Assembly: GCF_009834535.1 (NCBI RefSeq)
Contig: NC_045697.1
Location: forward strand, 49,044,001 to 49,108,000
Source of the DNA: Camelus ferus
Lineage: Eukaryota
Length of the DNA stretch: 64,000 nucleotides
Direction: 5' to 3'
Below are positions 26,938 to 40,143 of this stretch, in pieces (within the stretch, counting starts at the first letter, position 1; every line of letters starts with the position of its first letter). Position numbers and translations under genes: made by a program. The notes beneath the pieces are model-generated. The model had not been told where the DNA came from. It searched no databases and saw nothing but the letters and a program-made list of their open reading frames with translations.

Positions 26938-27325
26938 TTTGTTGTGGAAGCATAGTTCATTTTAAATGTTGTGTTAGTTTCTGGTGTACAGCATAATGGT
27001 CAGTTATACATATATATTCCTTTTCATATTCTTTTCCATTATAGGTTATTACAAGATATTGAATATAGTTCCCTGTGCTGTACAGTAGGACTTTGTTGTT
27101 TATCAATTTTATATATAGTAGTGTGTATCTGCAAATCTCGGAATCCCAATTTACCCCTCCCTCCATTTTCCCTTTGGTAACCCTAAGTTTCTTTTCTATG
27201 TCTGAGTCTATTTCTATTTTGTAAATAAAAATTCATTTGTGTCATTTTTTTAGATTCCACATATAAGTGATATCATATGACATTTGTCTTTCTCTGTCTG
27301 ACTTACTTTACTTAGTATGGTAATC
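26938..27325 (-). mobile_element. L1 3' end with 15-bp TSD
   Basis: TSD tcagtattattcttt at 26923-26937 and 27326-27340; same 3'UTR family as the other young L1s here. Confidence 0.9.
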
Positions 27326-28004
27326 TCAGTATTATTCTTTAATTGCTCCCTGATCACACCTACCACCCGACCATGGCATTATAAGTATTGTTATCCGTTC
27401 AAATGTGTCAGAAAAAAAGCTGATGTGTCACCAATACCTTAGGGTTAATTTACTTGATATTTTAAAATCTAGAGGGGAAACGAACTAAAAGAATGGATTT
27501 CAAATGGAAGCATTTCGTACACTGGGCACCTGCGTGGGAATGGCTTTGAGGAAGCAGGGCTCCTCCAGCCCTCCATACCAGAGTGTGCAGGACCCCCTGT
27601 TGTGCTCATAGACAGTGGGTCCTATACATGCACCATTGCTCGTGCCCTGGAGCAAAGTGGGCTACGTCACAAAGAAGTACAACAGACCAGAATCACTTCT
27701 TAAATGGGCAAGGTCACCTGTAATAAAAAAAAAAATACAAATTAAGATACCAGTTTTTGTCTATCAAGTTGGCAAATTTTTTTTAAGAGAAAACTAATAT
27801 TGGCAAAAATGCTAAGAAAAAGTACACATATTGAACTTGTGAATGTGGGAAAAGATACAGACTTTTTGGATGGCAATTTGGCTATCCAAAACCTTAAAAA
27901 ATAAATAAATAAACAACTTCGTGTGTGTGTGTGTGTGTGTGTTTACATACGTACATACATAAATACTTTTTTGACAAGAATTTCAAAGTCTGGGAATTTT
28001 GAGT

Positions 28005-28111
28005 GAATAGAGGTCAGGGATGCTGCTAAACATTCTATAATGCGCAGACAGCCCCTCACAACAAAGAATAATTCTGTCCAAAATATCAATAGTGCTGAGG
28101 TTGAAAAACTG
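28005..28111 (-). mobile_element. MER20-like hAT fragment
   Basis: 'gatgctgctaaacattcta...aatagtgctgaggttgaaaaactg'; homologous to 41790-41965. Confidence 0.7.
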
Positions 28112-30299
28112 CCGTATAGCGTGTGATCCAAGAAAAGGCAAGGAGGAAGCCCAATGCCTTTTATAACCTAGTCTTGGCAATCACACATCACCTCTTCTGC
28201 CACATTCTATTCATAAGAAGGAAGCAACTAAGTGCAGACGACCTTCAAGAAGAGGAGAGCTAAACTCCTCCAAATTTCCTTTGAAGGAAAGGGTATCAAA
28301 TTATTTGTGGACATAGTTAAAGACCAGCACAGTCTGTCCTCCAGACGCAAATTATTTACATTGCTCTTATGTGCAAAGTACTATCTTTTGAAAAGAGGTT
28401 ATATCAGATAAGTTGTGGACCTTTTCTTAAACAAACACAAACCTCCCAAATCAGGGAGTCCTTGGGATTGTCTAAAGGAATCTCATGTCTTGCAGCTGTT
28501 GAACTGAGAGAAAAAAAGAAAAAAAGTGACCCTTTAATTTGCTGGATTAAAACATCATTTTAATTCACAGCTTTGCAAGATCTCTTATGTGAAGATAGTG
28601 TATCGATTGGGAAAGAGTGAGACCCGGAATGCTGACGTGTACTTATGGGAAGATTCAGATAGCAACAAGTTGCCTAAATCCCAACCTTCTGGAAATAAAC
28701 TACTCACACCTCCTGGTGCAGGGAGTACAGTTGACTGATGGACTCAGCTGCGTCCCCTCTGGATCTTTTACCCTCTCACTGAGGCCACGCTCCCTTAGGC
28801 TCTTCCCTGCCAGTGACTGAGGATGCAGAAGTACCAAGGCAGGTCTGTTTTAGCAAAGTGTGAGACGCCTCCTCTTGGCAGCTTTGACTTGAGGTCTCCC
28901 TATTGGCCTGACCAGACCTTTATTCGAATTGTGCTTCAGTTCAAGATTCTTCCTACCCAAATCTTCCTTCGTTCTCCCCTTCCTTCCACAGGGATCACAC
29001 ATGCATTATAAGCTAAAGGCTCTCCCTATTTACCGCTCCCACCCCAGTAAATTTCTTGATTATTTAACCCCGTTTTGCCATCTGCTCTTTGGCAGACCCA
29101 AACGAATGCAGAACTCCTTGTTAGATAAGTTCTCCTTACTCCTCTGGGTGACGAGGATTCTCCCACCTTGCATGAAGATTCTGTAATGACCTTTGTGGAA
29201 ATAACCTGGCAGGAGGCTGGGGTAGCCAACTCTCTTCATTCTTCACCCCCAACATCCCTCATTGCCTTGAATCCTAGCACCAGTCATATGCTAGAGACAG
29301 TCTGTCCCAGCTCACAAAAGCCAATTGTCAAATTTTCAGGAACTTAGTGAGCTGATGGACATTATTAAAACCAAAAGATAATAAAACTCAAAAACTCAAC
29401 ACTTCCCAGTTATTAACACCTTTTTGTTAGTATCTAAGATCTTGAGGTTATTTACATCTACTGTATCTGAGTGTTGGAAATAATATATAATGATGTACTC
29501 CTTGCACTTCTCTTTGGATTGCGGAGGCCAGATTTAGATATGCTGTTTCAGCTCATTTCTTCAGTAAGCTGACAGATTGCCAACTTTGAGGGCAGCCTGA
29601 AGCAGGAGAAGACCATTTAGCTGGTGCAGAAATCTCTGCCCTCTGATCCAGTGAATCCAGTGTGCTTGAAGCACCTGTGGCACAGAGAGCTGCTGAATGG
29701 AGCTTCGGCACGTCCAAAGGCAAATCAGAGGGCAAGCCCCCAGCTTTGCAGCCGAGCCATGAGCTCTGTGGCCTGTAACTGTTCTCCTCTAGGGAAACCA
29801 GACTTGGGTTGTTGCTTGTCACTAGTTCATACTGCAGCCTGATCATGAGACTTTGGGTGCCCATCTTCCACAGGAGTCATCTGATCCACTAAGCCATAAG
29901 GTCAGCAAACAGTGTGCGTGCACAGTGTGCCAGGCTCTCTTCTGCACACTTTACTGGTAACATTTCCTTCAATCTCCACCACAGTTCTGGGTGATCGTGC
30001 TGTTGTTGTTGCTACTGTCCCTACTTTAAATGAGAAAACTGACACAGAGAGGGGATAGGCAATTTGCCCCGTAATCATATAGCTCATAAGTAGCAGAGCT
30101 TGGGTTAAACCCAGACCCTCTGGCTCCAAAGTCCACATGTTTAATTACCAAATTATATTGCTTCTTGTAATCAAGTGGAAGTTTTCTATTTAGGGCTGTG
30201 CTTGACCAGAAATTGAAGACAGAACAAACTGCATGGTGAGCCCACTCCTACCTCATGGCCATTCCTCTTCGGCCTACTCGGCCAGCCTGGGGATGTTCT

Positions 30300-31450
30300 C
30301 TAAGTCCAGGTGACGGAGCAGACAACCTCCACAATGTGATGGCACCAGCCACAAGCGGACGGCCACAACACTGTGGCCCAACTCACGAGTGGCCCTGAGG
30401 AATAGCTGAGAAGGGGAATTTTCCAGTAGACAAAAAAGTGAGCATGTCATCCTACTGACCACTTTGTCTGAAAGGAGAATTGGCCTGAGGTTAATGGTCA
30501 GCAGCTTATGGTTTAGCTTAGCAGCCAGAGACTTGGAAGGATCAAGAATGCAGGGCTGGTGACAAGGAGGTTTGGGAGAAGAGGTGTATGGGGGTCACTC
30601 AGAATGGATCCAGGGTATAAGGCTATTTGGTTCTTTGTGAATACCCACCCAAAGGCTTCCACTGTAGGGGAAGTGCTCAGTAATCACATGGAAAGTCTGA
30701 CCTGTCCTCTGCATGCCAGCCCACTTCTTTCTCCAGGAGTGCCAGTGTTGCCCAGTGATCTCATGAACACAGTAGCCACAGAGGCAGAAAGGCAGGCTCT
30801 CCATGTGCTCAGCTACTTGGATTTCCCCTTGCCCAGGCTGACCTGGCTACTGCTTCTGTTGAATATTCAGTTGTCCAGCAATTAAAACCAAACTTGAGTC
30901 CCTGATGCGAATTAGGCTTGAGTGTAACACAGCCAGGAACAATGTGGCAGTGTGGCCAGGGAAAGAAATGAATTCTCTCCAGACCACCGCTGACACCGTC
31001 TTGGCTCAGCATTTGAATGTCAGAATCCTGGGACTGAATACCAAACTCCTGCTCCAGCTTGCCTAGCAGAACTGGATGCCTCCTCCCCTGGGCTTGCGGG
31101 CTGAGCAGTTCTCCCTCTGGCTCCTGTGGGCTACTGTGTGGGCGTGCGTAATGAGTTGAAACAGCAAGGGAGTCTGGGAAGAGTGGCCTTACTAGAATAG
31201 CAACTTATTCTGGTTTTGGATTTGTTTTCCTGCTTAACAAACTTCTGCCCACATCAATATTCATAGACTTGCTGAGTGCTTATTCACCACCATGGTATGC
31301 CACTCAGCACTGAAGCTAATTTCAGCAATGGGCTTACACCATAGGTTCACTGCTTCTGTCCTGTACCCCCTCACCCTAACGTTTCCAGCCTCGTAGGGTG
31401 ACTCGTTTCTGCCTCCAGATTACTGAAATGGGATCATGACAGACCCAGAG
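30300..31450 (+). mobile_element. ERV-L internal (pol RNase H/integrase) remnant
   Basis: Decayed ERVL pol text; ORF 30559..30885 retains 'FFVNTHPKAST..EVLSNHMESLT', similar to ERVL 'VNAHQK..EEALNNQVDKMT'. Confidence 0.65.
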
Positions 31451-31545
31451 GATGAAAGGTCATTCATCACCCAGAGATTCTGGATATGAAGACAGATACA
31501 GTAACTGATAAAACTTTGGGAGCCAATATCCTTTTAATAAATTCC

Positions 31546-31676
31546 TTTTTTTTTTTTTTTGGTGGGGGAGGTAATTAGGTTTATTTATTTATTTTTTTAG
31601 TGGAAGTACTGGGGATTGAACCCAGGACCTCATGCATGCTAGGCATGCAGTCTACCACTGAGCTATATTCTCCCCT
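31546..31676 (-). mobile_element. tRNA-Ala-derived camelid SINE (Vic-1-like)
   Basis: A box TAGCTCAGTGG and B box GGTTCAATCCC on -, A-rich tail, imperfect TSD aataaatt. Confidence 0.85.
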
Positions 31677-32076
31677 CCAATAAATTTCTTTTGATTAAAT
31701 TATACAGAGGGTATTTCAAAGAGAATGCTTCTAGAAGGATGCAGTCCAGTGAGTGAAGAGTTGTTGTCACTGACTCTACAGGAATTATTTGTATTTTCCA
31801 TGTTCTTTTTTGTTCGTCTGTATTTTCTAATTTTCCTAACATGAGCATTAACATTTTTAATAAAAATTATTTCAAAAAATATGTCACCTTGAGTTTCTAT
31901 TAAACTTTATGACCCATGACCCTATAGGTACACATTTATTGTCAAGATTAACATGCCAAAAAAGGAGGAAAAGACTCAATAAGCTTAATTTAAAATGGAA
32001 GAAAATTATATTCTAAAGAGTAAAGGACGTATTCACTCAAAACTGGGGAAAATGCAATAGAGTAATTCTTTATGGT

Positions 32077-32086
32077 TTTATTTATT
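32077..32086 (-). terminator. FAM47E: Probable FAM47E polyadenylation signals (overlapping AATAAA)
   Basis: TTTATTTATT on +, about 350 nt downstream of the FAM47E stop. Confidence 0.5.
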
Positions 32087-32437
32087 TTTACAAATAGTTG
32101 ATACACCTATGTAATATTGACAATGCTACAAACATGTTAGACTACCAAATATGAATATTGATCTCAGAGTTGATAAAACATATAAAATATTGATTAACTG
32201 AGCAGAAGACCATTCTGAAATGTTTGTAAGTATTAGTTTTAAATTTTATGGATGTTGCCAAGTCAGAGTTGTACATCTGTGGTGGGACATTCATCATAAA
32301 TTGTGTTTAATGTTTAATGAGAGAAATAGCCAAGTACATAGTAAGTGAAATCTGTGTAATCATCTTCCCAAGATTCTTCTATGCTTGAATTATTTTATGG
32401 GAGTCTTACTACATTCACATCTACATTCCTTCCTGAT

Positions 32438-32455
32438 TTACAGCTTCTCAAGGAA
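32438..32455 (-). CDS. FAM47E: FAM47E last coding exon (FLEKL*)
   Basis: (CT)n tract and ctttag| acceptor, phase 0. Reads TTC CTT GAG AAG CTG TAA; the sequence after the stop still resembles the human tail (ECKRACNKTPIK). Confidence 0.82.
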   Translation of the reverse strand, partial: FLEKL

Positions 32456-32666
32456 CTAAAGAAAAAAGAGAGAGAGAGAGAAATTTCACTAGATTGGCAA
32501 CAAAAGTTATACAGTCCTGCCGCAACCACTACCATACCCCAAATTCACAATCTCACACTTTGACATACTTCCTTATAGAACTCATAATCTTATGTCAATA
32601 GTTAGACCATGCTAGATGTTAGACTTTGGAAGGTAGTTAGACAGCATCAGAAATAGCCTAGATCTA

Positions 32667-32997
32667 CGCTCATGTGTGGAATCTAAAAAAAAAGAACATA
32701 AATACAAAACAGAAACAGACTTGTGGTTGCCAAGGGGGTGGGGGGTGGGAAGGGATAGACTGGAAGTTCCAAATTTGAAGATACTGACAGGCATATGTAG
32801 AATAGATAAACAAGATTATACTGTATAGCACAGGGAAATATATACAAGATCTTGTAGTGGCTCACAGCGAAAAAAAAATGTGACAGTGAATATATGTATG
32901 TTCGTGTATAACTGAAAAATTGTGCTCTACACTGGAATTTGACACAACATTGTAAAATGACTATAACTCAATAAAAAAAATGTTTTTTTAAAAAAAT
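32667..32997 (+). mobile_element. Short L1 3' end, about 210 bp from the FAM47E last-exon acceptor
   Basis: L1 3'UTR and A tail; near-perfect TSD aaata(g)cctagatcta at 32651-32666 and 32998-33012. Confidence 0.88.
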
Positions 32998-33690
32998 AAA
33001 TACCTAGATCTAATTCACCCTTGTTCTGTGGCCAAGTCCAGCCCAGCTCAGCACAGCTTTGTGCTGTTCATCCCTGTTTGTAAAGGCCTAGGACCTCTTG
33101 TGTAATGGAGGGAATGAAGCTGTGGGTAATGCGTAGAGCAGTTAATCCAGCAGCAGATACTGGAATGTGTATGTAAGGACATATGCTCGTGTAACACGTA
33201 TGAATGTGTGTGTACACAGTACACAGAAATTAGGGGAGTAAAGATAATGAAAGTTCACCAATAAATGTAAGTAAGTAATGACTGTGTGTGTATGTGTATA
33301 TATATATATATATATAAAATTTACTATATATATATATAAAATTTACTATAATAGATTCCCTCCTCTCTTTTAGTTGAAATCTTATTGATAAAATAGAGGA
33401 TTCAGGATGTAAGAATAAAGGGAGAAAATATTCCAGGGTTCTGAGTGACAGTGTTCTCAGAGCACTTAGCTGTAGCCAGAGGCATTAGCTCCCTTTAGTC
33501 AATGCAGCTAAAAGAGTATAGCCAGTCATCAGGCATGCTTCCTTTTGCCCAAAATTGAACTAAATGTTCATCAACAGAATGGATTAAACCAAAGAGGACA
33601 AATCAAAATTTTAAAAATGTGTATTGCCACTAAAAATATTAAGAAAAAACACTGAGTCATAATATCAAGAGCAAAGAAGGAATATATATA

Positions 33691-33725
<35 letters not shown>

Positions 33726-33976
33726 GGACAAGAAGAATATATGTGTGTATATATGTACATTTATATATGCACACATATCACATATTATTTTAAGTATAAT
33801 TTTATATATAAATATGTGACAAATACAATTATTTAATCATAAAGTATATAAGCATATTTTATAATTATACTTACATAATAGATATAAATACACTTGTGTG
33901 GCATTTGTATATACATGAGGCAGTTATTAAAAGTATGTAAATGTGTGTAAGTATATTAACTATCAGGCTTATTATT

Positions 33977-35679
33977 TTTTTAATTGAAGTATAGTCAGTT
34001 ACAATGTGTCAACTTCTGATATACTGCATAATGTCCAGTCATGCATACATATATATATATATATATACACATACTCATTTTCATATTCTTTTTCGTTAAG
34101 GGTTATTACAAGATACTGAATATAGTTCCCTGTGCTATACAGTAGGAGTTTGTTGTTTATCTGTTTTTATATATAGTGGTTAACAATTGCAAATCTCGAA
34201 GTCCCAAATTTATCTCTCCCCACCCCCTTCCCCTTTCCCCCAGTAACCATAAGATTGTTTATTGTGTCTGTGAGTCTGTTTCTGTTTTGTAGATGAGTTC
34301 ATTAGTGTCCTTTTTATTTGTTTGTTTCCACATGAGTGATATCATATGGTATTTTTCTTTCTCTTTCTGGCTTACTTCACTTAGAATGACAATCTCCAGG
34401 TCCATCCACGTTGCTGCAAGTGGCGTTATTTTATTCTTTTTTATGGCTGAGTAGTATTCCATCATATAAATATACCACAACTTCTTTATCCAGTCATCTG
34501 TTGATGGACACTTAGGTTGTTTCCATGTCTTGACTATTGTATATAGTGCTGCTATGGACATTGGGGTACATGTATCTTTCTGAATTAGAGTTCCCTCTGG
34601 ATATATGCACAGGAGTGGGATTGCTGAATCATATGGTAAGTCTATTTTTAGTTTTTTGAGGAATCTCCACACTGTTTTCCATAATAGTTGCACCAAACTA
34701 TGTTCCTACCAGCAGTGTAGGAGAGTTCCCTTTTCTCCACACCTTCTCCAGCATTTATCGTTTGTGGACTTTTGCATGTTGGCCATTCTGACTGGTATGA
34801 GGTGATACCTCATTATAGTTTTGATTTGCATTTCTCTGATAGTGATATTGAGCTTTTTTTTTCATGTGCACATTGGCCATTATGTCTTCGTTAGAGAATT
34901 GCTTGTTTAGGTCTTCTACCCACTTTTGGATTAGGTTGTTTTTTGTTGTTGTTGTTGTTATTAACTTGTATGAGCTGCTTATATATTCTGGAGATCAAGC
35001 CTTTGTCGGTTTCATTTGCAAAAATTTTTTCCCATTTCATAGGTTGTCATTTTGTTTTACTTATGGTTTCCTTTGCTGTGCAAAAGCTTGTAAGTTTAAT
35101 TATGTCCCATTTGTTTATTTTTGCTTTTATTTCTATTGCCTGAGTAGGCTGCCCTAGGAGAACATTGCTAAGATTTATGTCGGACAATGTTTTGCTTATG
35201 TTTTCATCTAGGAGGTTTATAGTGTCTTGTCTTATATTTAAGTCTTTAAGCCATTTTAAGTTTATTTTTGTGTATAGTGTGAAGAGAGTGTTCTAACTTC
35301 ACAGATTTACATGCTGCTGTCCAGTTTTCCCAACACAACTTGCTGAAGAGACTGTCTTTTCTCCACTGTGTATTCTTGCCTCCTTTGTGGAAGATTAACT
35401 GACCATAGGTGTCGGGGTTAATTTCTGATCTCTCTATTCTGTTCCACTGATCCATATGTCTGTCTTTGTGTCAATACCATACTGTTATGATTATTGTAGC
35501 TCTGTAGTATTGTCTGACATCTGGGAGGTTTTTCCTCCAGCTTCGTTCTTATTCTTCAGGATTGCTTTGGCAATTCTGAGTCTTTTCTGATTCTATATAC
35601 ATTTTAGGATTATTTGTTCTAGTTCTGTGAAAAATGTCCTGGGTAATTTGGTAGGGATCACATTAAACCTGTAGGTTGT
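33977..35679 (-). mobile_element. 5'-truncated L1 with 17-bp TSD
   Basis: ORF2 C-terminal peptides ([19 protein letters not shown]...; [21 protein letters not shown]); TSD ctatcaggcttattatt at 33960-33976 and 35680-35696. Confidence 0.93.
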
Positions 35680-36758
35680 CTATCAGGCTTATTATTGACG
35701 CTCAGAGCTAAAGGAGAGATTTCATCCTAGTTCTGTAATGGAGTCTTTTGGCCCCATGTCTACTTCACACTCTAGACTTCCCCTCACATCGCCTGCTGTA
35801 ACTTGAAAGCAGTCTGGATCTGAGCTTGGTCAGTATATCTGAATGCCAGTAAGTATAAGCTATTGTTAGTTCTATCATTCTTGGAAAAAAAGAAATCCAG
35901 TATCCTATTTCCACGAACTTCTACCATCTTGGCTGCACGGCCTCCTAAAAGCTTCATGGGACATGTGCACAGAGGACACTGGACAAATGCATAACTTATC
36001 AGCCATGACTCTGGCCCCATGCCTAGCTGGCTTCCTACTGCAACAACAGGGCTGATCTTGGTACAGAGCTCCAGGCTGCAGGCCCTCCTGCTAAATGATC
36101 TGCTCTGCCAGCCTCCCAGGTAACCCAACTCTTGTTACCTGTGGTCTCGGGGAGGTGGGAGGAGGGCCCTCCATGTGGGAGGCAGCTGGGGTCAGCTGTA
36201 CAAACCAAGGGAGGGGAGACTAGAAAGAGGAAAAGACAAAGTGGGAAAAATACAGAAGACCCTGGAGGGCCTCCTGGAAAGTGAACTTTTGCCCTAGTCT
36301 GCATCCTCCTATACCTCACATATGGCACAATGATAGTACTGTGACCCCAACTCCACTTTGTCCTGACCCCAGCACAGCTCCTTGTCCTTAGATGTGGAAA
36401 TGATGGTGACGTCATACTTCCTGGAGGACTCAGTGTTTTAGGAGCAGGCACACACCCTGCACATAGATCCCTTTCACTTTGGTCCCATTAAGGCCAAACC
36501 TTACTGGGTGATGGGTGAGGGAGGTGAGTCAGCAGGGAGAAAATGAACAGCAGAATGAAAAGAGCAGAATGATAAATCCCATCCCTGGGCCCCTGTCTGG
36601 GGAAGGCAAGTCCTTCCTCCCAGGGCTGAGTCCTGGCATGCTCCTGTAAGAGAAGGATTTTGATTTTGTCACGGTGCTGACCCCTTCCCATGCTGACCCC
36701 TTCCCATCAACAGTTGTGAGCCCCTCAGCAGGCCTTTCCAAACTGACTCTTTACTCAC

Positions 36759-36833
36759 AGTCGGCATCCTGTAGCCCCTGCTCAGAATGAAATCCTTAAA
36801 GGCACCTGTTCCATGAAGGTCTGCAAGTAACTC
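36759..36833 (-). CDS. FAM47E: FAM47E exon 7 (ELLADLHGTGAFKDFILSRGYRMPT)
   Basis: ttttcag| acceptor and ACT|gtgagt donor. 75 nt, phase 0-0. Confidence 0.93.
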
Positions 36834-37137
36834 CTGAAAAAGGGTCCACACTTTAAAAAACCAGTCAACTGTCAGAAGCTTGATTTCATACTTGTCCTAA
36901 TTAAAAGCACTTAGCTCTTTATCAAGTACCTCATTTTAAAGCACTTCCCTCTCATTTGGGAATGTGTGTAAGTAACATTCAAAAGTGATGACTATAAAGG
37001 CTTTCAAAAGATATCCAACATTCTCTCTTTTCCTATCCTTTTTCTTACCTTTGTATTAAGGATAAGAAACACAATTTATCAATTAGACAATTATTGACTG
37101 AGGATGTCTGGAATCTAATATATTTGAGATTAACAAT

Positions 37138-37895
37138 TGTGACACTGTGATTTACAATAAGAAACACATATTTAGTCTTTTCTCATTCCTGGCACAGAGC
37201 TCCTAAAACCCTTGGAATTTCCTAAGTGATAAGAGCCATGAAGGTGAGAGTCTTTCCATATTCATAACAAGCCCCCTTCAGCCACACCAGAGTTTAATGA
37301 GGTGATTTTTGGAAAGCCCCTAGATAGCCACAAGATGGGGGCTGGTTATCAGGGAAACAGCCATGTGGGCAGAGGGTTGGCGCTTTCAGCTCTACCCCCA
37401 GCCTCCAGGGAGGAGCTGGAGGTTGAATTAATCGCCAACACCCAGTGAGTTAATCCATCATGCCTATACAATGGAGCCTCCATACAAACCCAAAGGAGGG
37501 GGTTTGGAGGGCTTCCAGGTTGCTGAACATGCAGAAGTTCTGGGAGGGTGGTGTACTTGGGAGAGGGCAAGGAAGCTCTGTGCCCCTTCCCACATACCTT
37601 GCCCTATGCATCTCTTCCATCTGGCTGTTCCTGTTTGTACCCTTGTATAATAAGCCAGTAATCTAGTAAGTAAACTCTTCTCCTAAGTTCTGTGAGCTGT
37701 TCTAGCAGATGATCAAACCCAAGGAGGGGGTTGTGGGAGCCTGTGATTTATAGCCAGTCAGCTAGAAGCTCAGGTGACAAGCTGGACTTGTCACTGGCCT
37801 CTGCAGTGGGGACAGTCCTGTGGGACTGAGCCCTTAACCTGTGGAAACTGGTGCTATCTCCAGGCAGGCAGTGTCAGAATTGAGTTAAATTGTAG
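37138..37895 (+). mobile_element. MER21-family solo LTR
   Basis: Begins TGTGACACTGTGATTTACAATAAG...CCTGGCACAGAGCTCCTAAAACCCTTGGAATTTCCT. Confidence 0.72.
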
Positions 37896-37985
37896 AATTG
37901 AGAGCAGTAGAGGAAGGATCAGGAGTGTTTTCCTACTCAAGTATATTCTCAAATATATATATATTCTCAAATTCTAGATCTCTAG

Positions 37986-37988
<3 letters not shown>

Positions 37989-38045
<57 letters not shown>
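37989..38045. repeat. Compound (TA)n(CA)n microsatellite
   Basis: Read directly from the sequence. Confidence 0.95.
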
Positions 38046-38046
<1 letters not shown>

Positions 38047-38739
38047 ATTTTATATATATACATTGTAAATATATAAAATTTTAGATCTTAACTCCAAAGG
38101 GCATGATGATCAAAAAAGACTCGGTATTTTTAGGGTATTCATGCATTCATTTGGTTTTTTACTTTCACTTACTTGAATTTAAAATTTAGATGTGTAAGTT
38201 TACATGTATCACTGTAATTCAGTTCTTTAAGACCATTTCACCTTCCAAATGAACTCAGTCAAGAACAGTCAAAACTTATGTGTCCCCAGCAAAACAGCCA
38301 TGTCATCTTAGTAACTGCCTCTTACCAGCCCCTTACCAGCACACCACTGTGACTGTGCCTTGTGAATTGGGGTGCACAGCCAAGGGGCACCACCTGAACT
38401 ACACAAGACAATCAATCTCAGGATTACAAAAGTGTGATCATTAGAGAACAATTCCATTGTTTTAAATCCTAGCTGAGTCTAAATTGCCTGATAAATAATC
38501 TTTTACTGTAATAGTTTTATCAACCATAGTTCCAAAATTTAAATATTACTTCTTATTGATGAACTGACTATAACCATTTTGGCAAACATCTTAACTAGCT
38601 TTCACCATCAAGAGAAATATTTTTGTAAAATTCTTTAAGTATTAAAGAATTAGTTTTAAAAATGTATTTCTACACATCTTTTAAAAAACAACATAAAATA
38701 ATAAAAATAAAAATTTAAATTCTAAAAAGAGAACTTCTG

Positions 38740-38839
38740 AGGGAGAGGAAGAGCTCATGCTTAGCATGCATGAGGTCCTGGGTTCAATCCCCAGTACCTC
38801 AATTAAAATAAAAAAATTTTAAAATAAATACATAAATAA
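38740..38839 (+). mobile_element. Vic-1-like SINE with internal deletion
   Basis: 'ttagcatgcatgaggtcctgggttcaatccccagtacctc' and A-rich tail; TSD aacttctg at 38732-38739 and 38840-38847. Confidence 0.82.
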
Positions 38840-39987
38840 AACTTCTGGACACCTTAAAACAAAAGTTTTGCAAATATTTTTATTTTTAAGTATTTAATTC
38901 ATTGAGAATGATTATTTTTTAAAAGTGCAACTGGAATAGTTTCATGTTATGTATTAAACTCACATAGATAGGCAGCTACAAAAACCATACTCCAAGAAAT
39001 TCTGCCTAATATGACTTAGTTATTTTGAAGCTTATATATAAGCATTTTGGGCTCATAAATTTGTGTCATGTCTCACATCGGAAAATAAGAATTTCATACC
39101 CAGTACTGGAAAAGATAAAAATGACCATCCTTCCTGTGTCAGCTTTCCAAGCTAAAGGAGGCAGTTGGTGTATGATTTCTGACTGAATGAGGAGTCAGAT
39201 TTTTATAGCATCTTTTGAAAATGCTATAACTTTTATAAAATGCAGAAAAACACTTATTTGAAGTGTTTTCACAATTTTATCTGGGAGAAGTTTTGGATCT
39301 GCTTATCCAGAGAACAGGTTCACAAATATTCTCAGCAGAGTCCTGTACAAGAATTGCGTCAACATTTCCTAATTTCCGGGACTACAGTGAGTATCTTCTT
39401 TCCATTAGATACTTGTAAACAAGAGATGGGCAGGCACAAAGCTTATCTGCAGTAAAATTAGAGCACATCCTTGTTTGTGTTTGTTGCTTTGTCATTTCAA
39501 ACAGTGCTTACTTAACCTTTGTCCCTTCCCTCTCAGACAGATCCTGCAACTCTGCTGAACTGCATAAAAGTAGTTTCTTGATTGCAGTTTTGAATTCTTT
39601 AACATCCATTGCTGATGAAAAACAAATAAACAAAAAACCCGAGTTTCACATTTAGTTACTCAAAAAGAAACCATGACGTTATATCCATTTCCTACTGAGG
39701 TGGTCCAGAACCCTTTGAACAACCAATTTATCCATGGAATCAAGAATGATAGTACAATGAGTAGTTGCCCCATCTTTAGAGATCCTGTGTCTACCATGAA
39801 GGCAGGAGATTTCAGGTCTTGCTTATTACACATTCCACATAAAATGACTTGGCTTTCTCATTACTGAATTCAGTATGCAAGCTACAAGACCTTCAGGAGC
39901 CCCGGAGACTCTGACTTCAGTGTGAGGTGGCAGTTGCCCTGTGATCATCTTTAGCTCAGATGATCAAATCTCAGCATATGTACATAC

Positions 39988-40143
39988 CTGTTCCTGTAGC
40001 TTCTTTTTGAAATTCCCATCCTGAGCTTGACGTAAGACCTTGGGGTCAACCAAAGGCTCATAGGCTCTTAGCTTTTTCCACAACTTGGTGTTCAGATACC
40101 ATGCTCCATACCTCATCTTCACCCATTTCGGTTTATAAGGATT
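39988..40143 (-). CDS. FAM47E: FAM47E exon 6 (NPYKPKWVKMRYGAWYLNTKLWKK...KKLQEQ)
   Basis: ctacag| acceptor and CAG|gtatgt donor. 156 nt; contains the FAM47 motif KMRYGAWYL. Confidence 0.95.
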
